DNA of 63,946 bases, counting the filler, from Bonamia ostreae (taxonomy: Eukaryota), in the NCBI GenBank assembly GCA_040357525.1. It is 9 parts of 9 records of this genome, joined end to end, with 100 filler letters (N's around TTAATTAATTAA, not from the genome) between each part and the next. Parts side by side here need not be neighbours in the genome. Positions count along the whole stretch, not along the records: positions 35,869 to 42,877 come from JBDODL010000100.1; positions 42,978 to 49,970 come from JBDODL010000101.1; positions 50,071 to 57,024 come from JBDODL010000102.1; 6 more parts are not named here. One strand, given 5' to 3'. Positions 40,972 through 51,926 of this stretch are shown here, in pieces. Under the pieces are notes generated by a model that was not told where the DNA came from, made no database searches, and worked only from the letters and a program-made list of their open reading frames with translations. Position 1 is the stretch's first letter, and each line of letters opens with the position of its first letter. A program made the translations under genes and the position numbers.

Positions 40972-42818
40972 TCATTTACTAAAGCTTTGCAGCGCTTTGT
41001 CGAGAGCCTCAACGACAGAAACGACTTGTTCCTGGTTGATGCAAAGCGGTGGAGTAAATCTGATGATATCGCCATGCGTAGGCTTGGCCAGAACGCCGTT
41101 CGCTGCCAATTCAAGACAGATGCTTTTCGCGTCAACGCCATTCGACCCGTCGATTTCTACGGCTATCATCAGCCCTTTCCCTCTCACTTCTCTAAAAAAA
41201 GGCACTCCCAAACTCTTCAATTCCTCTTTCAGCAATAAACCCATTTTCCTCGAATTCTCGACCAGATTTTCTTCCGCCAATACTTCCAGTGCCGTTGTCG
41301 CGATCGAAGCCGCGAGGGGATTGCCCCCGTAAGTCGAGCCGTGCTGGCCTCTTCCAATGACTAACATTACGTCGTCGTTGGCTAAGACAGCGCTCACTGG
41401 GTACACTCCCCCCGAGAGCGCTTTTCCGAGGACAAGGACGTCGGGTTTGACGTCCTCGTGCTCGCAACATAACATTTTTCCGGTTCGGCCGAGTCCCGTT
41501 TGCACCTCATCTGCGATGAAGAGCACATTGTGTTTTTTGCATAGATCGCGCACGCCTTTCAAATATCCCTTCGAGGGAACTTTTACGCCTTCGGAACATG
41601 ATAAAAATAATGATAAATTTTAAAAATAGACAAAATGGCAAATTTTGCAAAGACGAAAAGCTTTCGAAATTTAGACGGAAAATTTATTCGAAAAGCTAAT
41701 TCATTCTAATTTTAACCAGCTTCGCCTTGAATGGGCTCGACCATAAAACCAGCGCAATTTGGGTTTCTTAACTTTTCCTCGAGAGCAGTCAGATCGTCGT
41801 ATGGAACAATATCGAAGTTGGGCATGAAGGGGCCAAAGCCTTTGTAGCTTTCAGGGTCGGTAGAGGAGGAAACTGCGGCCAAAGTTCTTCCCCAGAAGTT
41901 TCCTTCTGCGAAAACGACGCGCGCTTCGTTTTCGGGGATTCCTTTTTTCTCGTATCCCCAACGACGACTTGAATTTGAGATTGTTGTTACCATAATTTTA
42001 CTGCTGTTTCACAGCCTTCAACACCCGTGTTCATCGGGAGAACTTTGTCGTAGCCAAACATATTCGTAATAACTTTTTCGAAGACTGATAATTGGTCTTT
42101 TTGTTGATTTATCAATTATTTTTGTTTTAAATTTTTTTAATCGATTTATCAATTATTTTTGTTTTAAATTTTTTTAATCGATTTTAAGAGATTTATCGAT
42201 TTTTTGTTTTAAAATTTTGTTTTATCGATTTTAAGAGATTTATCGATTTTTTATTTTAACATTTTTTTTATCGATTTTAAGAGATTTATCGATTTTTTGT
42301 TTTAAAATTTTTTTTATCGATTTTAAGAGATTTATCGATTTTTTGTTTTAAAATTTTTTAATCGATTTTAAGAGATTAATAGATTTTTTTGTTTTAAAAG
42401 ATAAAATTTGCCAATTAATTTTTTATTTACAAATATGTAAATTTAATGAAACCGTTAAAAAAAGCTCTAGATGTCAACGTCAACTCTGTAGCTTGAGAAA
42501 TGAGCGATCCAATTATTTTTGGATGACAATGTCCCTGAAAATCGAATTTTAAATCAAACAAAAAGTAAGATTTGATCAAATATTTAAAACTTGGTTGACA
42601 GCTGAATAAGAAGCGAGGCAATCAATATATTTCTTCCCGTCGACATCCCAGACATGCACGCCACTGCCTCGTTTAATCACAACAGGAATTGGCGCATAAT
42701 TATGTGCGCCGTATTTGTTTTCTGTTTCAATGACGATGTTCGCCTTTTTCGAAATTTTGAATGTCGGTGCGCCTTTGTGAAACATTCTTAGATTGTTTTT
42801 AGCCAATTTACCAATCAT
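40972..42818 (-). CDS. OAT: Ornithine aminotransferase, mitochondrial
   Basis: [61 protein letters not shown]. Confidence 0.95.
42105..42400. repeat. Intronic minisatellite (~48-nt unit containing ATCGATTTTAAGAGATTTATCGAT, ~5 copies, preceded by a shorter duplicated unit)
   Basis: Directly visible periodicity within an OAT intron. Confidence 0.85.
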
Positions 42819-43762
42819 TCAATATATTTTTAGGGTTAGATAAATTTAGAATTATCGTAAATTAACACTTTTTTGAGNNNNNNNNNNNNNNNNNNNNNNN
42901 NNNNNNNNNNNNNNNNNNNNNTTAATTAATTAANNNNNNNNNNNNNNNNNNNNNNNNNNNNNNNNNNNNNNNNNNNNCAACCTTATCTCTTTTACTTTTC
43001 AATACTTAAATTTTATGACTAAATATTTTCCGAATAGACTAATTAGACTAAAAATCTTATAAAATCTTTATTGACAAAAAATGTAAATTTTTTACAAATT
43101 TAATGTTACAGTTATTTGATTTTTATCGGATGTATAAATGAAGGAGAATGGTCGGATACATGCAGAAAATAGCCAGCTGTGTTGTCCATCAAATTAATTT
43201 CGACCATCTCAAAGTAAAATCCTTCGCCAAAGCGTCCTCCAAGAGGTTTGATGATTTCGACGTCATATAAGAATATTTTTAAATAACGTTTCACAAATGA
43301 TTTGTAAATTATTCCTTCTAATATCGATTGACCCGTTTTTTCTTCTTTTCTATTTTCAAAACTTTATTATTTTGACAATTTTTTTTAACTGTTTTTTTTT
43401 TTTAATTTTGTCCTTTTTTTTTAATTTGTACTGTTTTCCCATTTATTTGAATTCAAATTTTTTAGCTGTTTTTTAATTTTCTCCTATTTTAACTTTTTTC
43501 TTTATTTTTAACCACTTTTATTTTTGACGGTTTTGATAAAAGTTTTTGACAATTTTCCTTTTTAAATTCGAGATACTTATGACAATGTTTAGCAAATTGA
43601 ATAAAAGAAGTCAATATTTATTAGTATACATTTGTCAAATTGACGTTTTATTTAAATTTTCGACCACCTAATTTACCACTTTTAAATTTTTAAACATTAA
43701 ATTTTAAGTGGTTTCAAGATTTTTAATCGCAGTATTTTTATTAAGAACATTTTCCCTTTTTA

Positions 43763-46200
43763 CTACAACATTGACCAATTAAAATACCCCGAGACACCCA
43801 TCGCCAAAGAATCCAGTCTTCCGTCGTCGCCAAAAAAATCCGATTTCTTGAAATCGACCATTTCGTTTTGTCTGCAATCAATCAGAGGCGACAAAATCTG
43901 ATCATGAATTTGAATCCCAACGTTCAGCAATCTATCCGCTACTAGACGCACTTTCTGCTCAAAATTGTTGCAGCGCTCTAACTCTTTGTGTTCGATCACA
44001 GCTATTTTCCAGCCAATTTCTTTCAGCAGACGTCCCCGCAAAGCCGATTCTCCGCTCATTTCCAGCGAACTCTTAAGAAAATTGTGCGGCCCCAAAAAAT
44101 TCACTGCCACTCGCTGCGACTCCGGTTGTAGCATATTACTGACGACGAACCCTTCGTTCAAAATAAAGTTGCTCGAATAGTCCAATTGGAGAAAATTCAA
44201 AATGTTGTTGACTTCGACACTGTTTTCGCTGCTTACAATTTCGTTTTCTTTGTTATTTGCAAATTTACAATTCGCAATTTATCAAAAGTTTTCAATAATT
44301 AAATTTGTTCGTTCGAAAAAATCGCATTCGAAAAACTTAAAAATTCTCGTGAAACCAACGTCAGAATTGCTTTTCTCAACGAAACGCGTCTCGAAAAAAC
44401 TGGTCGCTCTAATTTAAGCGTCAAATCTACTTGGTACCATTGCGCTTTGTAAGCCGCCCCCAAATCTTCCAATTCCGACGGCTCTGCGGTATTCATGTAA
44501 TCTATCGCGCGTTCGACGAGCGGTTCGGGGAAGAAGCCGGCGACCGCAAACGCCCAGAGCAAATTTGAAAAGTAGCGAGCGTTGAAGTATTCCGTTTTGA
44601 TAATACAAACAGCGGAAACTTCTTCGAACAAAACGTCGTTGTAACGTGAAGCAGGTACTAGTTGCGCCAAGGACCACGCCAAATTTGACAAATTTTGAGT
44701 ATTAAATTCTTCAAGTCTTTTTAACGATTCGTCTATAATTTTTTCTAGTAATTCTGTCTCGCCAACTTTAAAAAAGTTTTTAGTCCAAAAATTCAAAAAG
44801 AAAAAAAATTTAGTCAAAATGTGTACAAAGGAAAAATTAAAAAAAGAAAATCCGAGAAAGTAAAAACAAAAAAAATTTTTAGTCCAAAAATTTAAAAAAA
44901 ATAATTTTAGAACTTTAAAATTAAAAAAAAAATTAAAACTTTTTAAGGCACCAAAACTCCAAATCAAATTTGAAATGTTTTGAGGAGCGAATTCTTTTAT
45001 GGTTTTCACAGCTTGAGATGCGATATTTTTAAATAACAATTCTTCACAATCTTTTAAATAACAATGTTCAAGATAAAACAATTCATTTTTGCGAAAGCCC
45101 AGGCTAAATTGGATAAATTTTGCGGTGAGAATTTTTGAATTTCGATAATAGCTTTTAGCGCGACTTTTCCGAATAAAATCTTTTTTTGTTTAAATGACCA
45201 TTTTAGAGAATCACAGATTTAATTGCAACGCAACAAAAACTCTATCACTTAAATTCATTGTTGCAAAACTCCAAACGAGAATAGCGAGATGTTGTGGTTC
45301 AAAATCATTAAGTTTTTTTCTAGACTAAAACTTGGATGTTGCAAACCTCGGAGGATATCTTTTTGTAAAATTCAACATCTTTGTACTGCATTATAGACAA
45401 CCCCCAAGTCGAGTTTGCAAGTTGTCGACCCTTTTAAATTGGACATGTTTAATCGCAGCTTTAATGTTTTTAGGAGTTTTTGTCTGATATAAAGTTAAAC
45501 AGATTAAGGGACGCTTAATTGATTGGTTATGCAAATAGCTGATTATTTTAAATTTTACAATAGGAACAAAACAGTCGAAAACATATAATCGTTAATATCA
45601 AATGACTTAATAATTTGTCAAAAATGACAAGTTAAATTTTGCAACGAAAAAAGAGACGGACTTTATCGACATATAATCGTTAATGTCAAATGGCTTAAAA
45701 ACACTAAATGTCCCACATTTGTCAAAAATGATAGAAATGAGAGGTTTAAGTTTTGGTAATATTTTAGCAATTTTTTGTGGTTTTCGGTGGCAAATTTTTG
45801 CGATTCGATGAATTGCGGTCGTAATGTTGACATTGTTTAACTTTTGCTGATTTTCTTCGACAATATTAACGACGTTTTCTTTTGTTTATGAGAATGGTTA
45901 TATTTGACAAATATTATGAACCGGGAGAAACGGCGGACAATATTTTTGTGTTTATTTTTACTGCGACGCTCATGTTTTTGGAACTGTACGGGGAATTGAT
46001 ATCCATTAACGCTATTAGGGAAGTGTTAAAATTGGTTTTAGGTAGAATCGCCTTTTTTTAAATTAGCAATGTGAAACTTGCGTTTCGCAAATTATCAAAA
46101 GTTTAGCAAATTAATAAAAATGGTAATTTGATACAATCCCATTTCGATTTAAGATTTTGAATATAGTTTTTTGTACTAATACAAATCCCATTTTTGGCAT
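43763..46200 (-). CDS. Helical-repeat (OPR/FAST-like) + RAP domain organellar RNA-binding protein
   Basis: Repeats F.PQNLSNLAWAFA, FAPQNISNLIWSFG, FNTQNLSNLAWSLA, FNARYFSNLLWAFA; C-terminal GPHNF..LRGRLLKEIGWKIAVI; start approximate. Confidence 0.8.
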
Positions 46201-46543
46201 TTTATTAATTATTTTTAGAAGGTTTGATTTTTCTTCTGTTAACATTACGTAATTTAAATGCAAACAAATTTTGTCAACCATTTTTATATTCTATTTAAAA
46301 ATGTAAAACTGCCATTTTAAAGTGCTCTGTATCACTGAATTTAGCGGGTTTAAGAAACAATCCAAATCGTAATAAACAACTTGCAAAATTTCATAAATCT
46401 ATTTTGCAAAGTTTGAACAAAAGTTTTTTATCGTTTTATAAATAGTATAAAAATTACAAAAGTTTAAATTATTTGACCAAAATTGATTTTTTATCGTTTG
46501 AACAAAAGTTTTAATAATTTGAATAAAACAAAAATTACAAAAT

Positions 46544-47135
46544 TTAAATTTCCTCCTTTGATGATTTCTTTAACACCTCATCAATTTTCTTTTTATTTTG
46601 GGCAAAAAGTTGATTTAGGGAATTTTTGGTTCTAACAAATAAATCTTTTTGTAAAAGGTTCATTTGCTTCTTTAAGATCCTATTTTGATGATTTTGTATT
46701 TCCTTAAAATTGCTTCTTATTGTTTTTACTTCTTTTGCCAAATTTTTGTTTCCCGTTTTATCTAACTTTGGAATTTTAATTTCAAATGATGTTTCCGATT
46801 TTTCAATCGGATTCAAGTTGTAGCCGGTGGATAAAATTTTTGACCGAATATGTTTTTTTAGCTTTAATTTTTATTTTGATCAAATTAGCAACGATTATGT
46901 TTTAGAACAGTTTTCCTAATAACATACAATTAATATTGAAGATTGACGAATTAAAAACTTTAATATCAACAACATCAATGTTCAAATAATTAATTCCTTT
47001 AGTCGAAACAATTGCAATATCGGATAAAGCCAGTTTGTTATTTTTATCAATATCAATTTTAAGATTCCCGAGCATTGTTTTAACGTAATTTGATTGAGAA
47101 AAGAAAACATCTTTTTTCATTTCAAATTTTTTCAT
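46544..47135 (-). CDS. Hypothetical protein (fragmentary exons)
   Basis: Two short minus-strand ORFs with coding-like composition. Confidence 0.3.
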
Positions 47136-47843
47136 AAAATTTTCGATTTTAATTTTAGAATCTTCTAAAAATTTAGTTGTGTCTATAATTTCTACTTTTT
47201 CCTCTATTTAAAATTTCAATTATTTAAGTTAACTTGCTTTTTTGTGTTTTAAGCGAAAAAATTGTTTGTCAAATTTAAAATTTTTTAAGTTAGTTTGCAA
47301 AAATTTGCAAAACATTTTTTGTTGCTTTAAATTATAGTTCATTTTTATATAATTAAACTATTTATTTAGTATTTTAATTTTAGACCTTTATAATTTGCAT
47401 TTAGGCGATTATTATATCGAGTCAATGCGTTTTAATACTTTTTTAATATCTAAGAATGCGCTAGAATATATTATTTTTTAAATATTTATTTCCTGTAAAG
47501 CGTTTTTAAAATATTTATTTTTAAAATTGTTTTGACAATTTAATCGATTTTCTGTGAAGCCGTTTTAACAATTTGGTAATCATTTATTTTGTTCACAAAC
47601 TTTTTTTTGCATTGTTCTATTCATTATGGTAAATACCGCTTTTTTAATTATTAATATGAAAATAATAGAAAAAATAAAGATATCGCGGGAAAAAACTTAT
47701 TTTACATTACTCTTAAATTTTATAATTTTTCTTAGCTACTAAACTCGTTGATCATTATTTGGTGAAAAAATTGTGATTTAAAATTATATTGGTCAATATT
47801 GTAAAAATCGTAAGATGGTTTATTCAATATAAGCGGATTCGTT

Positions 47844-49435
47844 TTATATTCCCGACAATATTCTTTTCTCATTTTTACTATTAACATATTCGGAAATTTT
47901 TTCAGACAGACTTCTCCACACATTCCCAATGCCAAGGCCACCATTATCATATTTCAAATCAGATCGTTTATATTCTGAATTAGCAAAGCTATAAATAAAT
48001 GCTTCACATTCTATCTTGAATTTCTTTGATTTTAATTATAGTTTAGTAAGCCATTTTTATTTTTGGACCAAAAAATATCAAATTACTATTTCATTTTTAC
48101 ATTTTTTAAATCGGTAAATATTGCGTTTAGAGTTAAAAGAAAACTTTATATGTGTCGTAGTCCATTTGTAGATAGTTAGAGTTTTTAAGAAATAGTGAAT
48201 CTTTCATTTTCTCAACACTTAATTCATATTTCTGTTTATTATTTGATATCCATTCTCGAATCATTCTCACGATAACGTATCGATAAGTTTTAAACTTTTC
48301 GATCGAGAAAGTATGATACTTATTATCAGCACCTTTTTTTTGATAATGAATTGTGTATCCTTCAATATTTTCTGCAAATCGCAATTTATCCTCTTTTATT
48401 TAAAAATTCGGTTAAAAATTACTTTTGCCATTCAAACTCCTTAAAATATTGATGTCGACCGTGTTAAACTCTGCGCTTTTGTAAAAATTAATTGCTTCGG
48501 ATACTTCTTCGCAAATATCTACTTTATTGTTTACGGATCCGACATTCTCGATGAGTCCAAACATGGCCAACCTCGCATTTTCGCCCATAGGCAGCGGGAT
48601 CATGTGCTTTCCGTCTTCAAATTCCCCGCAAGCCGTGTAGCCGCTGATCAATTTGCTTTTCAATATTTCTTTCGACTTTTCAGTAGCACTTTAATTTTAA
48701 AAAATGATATGTTTTATCAAATTTTTGCAAATAAAACAAATAATTCAAACCTGTTCCAATAGTCATAAAAGCTTTTAAAAACAGATTTGCATAATTCATT
48801 AGTATCATTATCGAACTGCTCAAATCCGTCGTTCAATTTACCGACACGGTGCACAGTTTTCGTTCCTCCAAAAATATAATCTTCCCCGTTATATTTGAAC
48901 ATCGTGAAAACAACAGATTTTCCATTTGCTTTTGTTGTCAGAACAACTCTATCTGCATCTGTCGTTTCCTGTACAATTAATTCAAGTTGGCTCAATAAAG
49001 AGACATTAAAATAAAAACTTGATTGATTGAAGAAGTATCAACACCTGTGTCTTCGTCGATTCTACTTCCGCCATATTTTCGATATCCTTGAAGAATGAAT
49101 CGAGATGTTTCATTTTTATTCTCATCTGTGATGTCCAAAATAGAATAGCAACGGGGCACCATCCATACCAAGTTGGGATATTTGTTGAATGTGTCATCAT
49201 CCGTCAGTGAAATAAGTGTTCTTCCTTTTTCATCATTACGTAAGATTTTGCAGACCGAAAAAGTGTACATTTTTCCTTTAATAGTTCCATCCTTTGAAAA
49301 TTCGTATGGACCACTCTCACTTAGATGTATTACAGGATTCATTTCGTTTTTCCTATTGATAAAGTCAACGGGAATTAATTTCTTGTCTACTTGGAGGATT
49401 TTTGCGATTTTATCAACCTTCTCTTCACAAGACAT
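47844..49435 (-). CDS. ATP-dependent RNA ligase-like nucleotidyltransferase (Trl1-LIG/T4 Rnl1-like)
   Basis: PRCY..LQGYRKY, motif I TKANG, Ia GTK, III CGEF, IIIa MFG, IV EGY, V EKFK followed by Y...R..RE; last exon ends GLGIGNVWRS..ILSGI-stop. Confidence 0.65.
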
Positions 49436-50182
49436 TATTATTATTTTTCTATTTAAAACGAGAAACAAGTTGAGATTAGAGTTATTTTTTTTACCCAAAC
49501 AACTAATTTTTTTCTATTCAACAAATTATTAAGTCTCACAGTATCATTTACAAGCGAAGGGCTGATAAAAATGTTGAAAAAAGTAAATTGGAATTAATAT
49601 TCCTTATCTCAACCAACCAACCCTTCTGGATCCAGCCAATGAACGCCATATTTTGAAATATTTATAGAAACTATACCGTAAAAAATTGATTTAACATGAC
49701 CATAAGGCGGTTGCAAATTTAATTTGTTCAAAATAAAGAAAATGTTGATCATTTTTAATACGAACTTAGCAAAAATAAACCGCCAATGAAAGGCACAAAA
49801 ACCTGCCTATCCTACTTTATTTACAAGAAAAGAAGTAGCTTTGTCATGATTTCTTTTTAAACAAATATTTTTAATCGAATGAAAGATTTAATGTCAATTT
49901 CTTTTTAAAACGGGCAAACGATTTTTAAAACGGGCAAGCTATTTTTTAAAACGATTTTAAACAGTTTTTTNNNNNNNNNNNNNNNNNNNNNNNNNNNNNN
50001 NNNNNNNNNNNNNNTTAATTAATTAANNNNNNNNNNNNNNNNNNNNNNNNNNNNNNNNNNNNNNNNNNNNTTTTGCTCGTTAGAACACAAAATTGATCGA
50101 AAGTTGAAAATGTATAGCCATTTTCTCAAAACATTAATAATATTATAACGAAAAATTTTAAAAAACTTCTTAAACACAATTA

Positions 50183-51799
50183 ATGCCATATTACGAAGAT
50201 AGTTATTATAGCGAATCCAGCCAATTCGACATAGAAAAAGAGAATATCGGCCATTACACTATCGGCGGTTACCATGAAGTCAATATCGGAGACACATATA
50301 ACGACATTTATCGAATCGAAAAGAAGCTCGGTTGGGGACATTTTTCTACTGTTTGGCTGGCTTCTAATCTGTCTTCATTTTCATATTTACAATTTTTGCC
50401 AATCAACCAAATAAAATTATCCATTGAAGACGTAAAACTTTCGAGGAAGAAAACAAATTAGTGGCGATCAAAATCTGCAAAAGCAGCGAAAACATTTCAA
50501 TTTCTGCTTCGATAGAACTTGAAATTCTCGAGAAAATTAGATCGAAAGACCCCGATCGACAACAAAACATTGTCACAGTTTTGGATTGTTTCAGACTTAA
50601 AGGGCCAAATGGAACACGTTATTTTAATGATTTTAGATGTCTGCATTGTTTTTGAAGTTCTCGGGGACAATTTGCTTACTCAAATTATGAAAAACGATCA
50701 AGAATTTACGAAATTAAACAAAAACAGTTTTTTGTTAAATCGACATTTTCAAATTCAAAAAACTTGAAAATTTAAAATTACTTTAAAAAGTCAAATTTGA
50801 TCACGAAAATTGCTATTTAACAAAACGAAATCAAATTAAAAAATGCGCAAAAGATATTCTTGAAGCTCTAAAATTTCTCCACGAAAAATGTGAGCTTATT
50901 CACACAGATATAAAACCAGAAAACATCGCATTTTGTTTGTCGAGTTCCGAGAAAAGGCTTTTAATAGAAAACTGTCAAAACAATAAAAATGGTCATAATT
51001 TAGCAAAAAACAAATCAGTAAAAAAGCCTTTAAAATCTAAATACAAACTTCCTTCTAAAACCGTCGAAGAAGAAATAAAAGAAATGACAGATGATTTGCA
51101 AAAAAAATTTAAAATTCTTAACAAAAGTAATTTTGGGAAAATAGACAAATTGGCAGAAAGCGAGTCAAATAAGAAAAATTGGAAGTTGGTTGATTTTGGG
51201 ACGGCGCTAAAATTTGATGAAAAAATTGAGGCTGTCATTACTACAAGACAATATAGAGCTCCCGAAGTGATTATGGTTTACCAATTTATAATTTGCTTTT
51301 TCAATTTTTTATGGTCGATTTTTCATTTTTTGTGATAAAAAAATAAAGGGCCAAAATTATGATTGCTCTGTTGATATCTGGGCAGTTGGTTGCATTCTTT
51401 TTGAAATGGCAACAGGAGATCAATTATTCAAATTTAAAAGTAGTCGATTTAAAGATGAAGGTCTTTAAATAACTTGAAACAACAAAAAATAAACATTAAA
51501 TTTTGTTTTCTAAACAATAATAAAAAGACCACTTAGCGATGATCAAAGAAACTTTTGGAAAGTTGCCAGCTAGAAAAGGAACAAACTTGAAAAAGTGTTT
51601 TAACAATAAAGGACATTTCAGAAATATCAAAAAACTTGATATTTGGCTGATCGAAGACGTTTTGTGCGAAAAATATCGATTTCCTAGAAAAGAAGCGAAC
51701 GCCTTTGGCGCGTTTTTGCGAAAACTTTTGGAACCAAATCCAGAGTTAAGAGTAACTGCCGCAAAAGCGTTAGAGCTTCCTTGGTTAAAACAAATTTGA
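50183..51799 (+). CDS. SRPK: SR-protein kinase (SRPK family)
   Basis: GGYHEV..KKLGWGHFSTVWLA, IHTDIKPENI, spacer insert, DFG, TRQYRAPEV. Confidence 0.92.
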
Positions 51800-51926
51800 T
51801 TTTTCAAATTCAAATTTTATTTTTGCGATTTTTGACCAATTTAAGGAAATCTGACAAATTGGGATTATAAAAATGCTCTTGAAAAGGGCACAAAAAATTT
51901 TGGTAAATAGAACACTGAAAAATCTT

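Noticed and set aside
47732-47950. ORF with ALALGMCG as a degenerate P-loop kinase fused to the ligase
   Set aside because: It is an alternative frame; the ligase-like frame reads GLGIGNVWRS and stops at 47844
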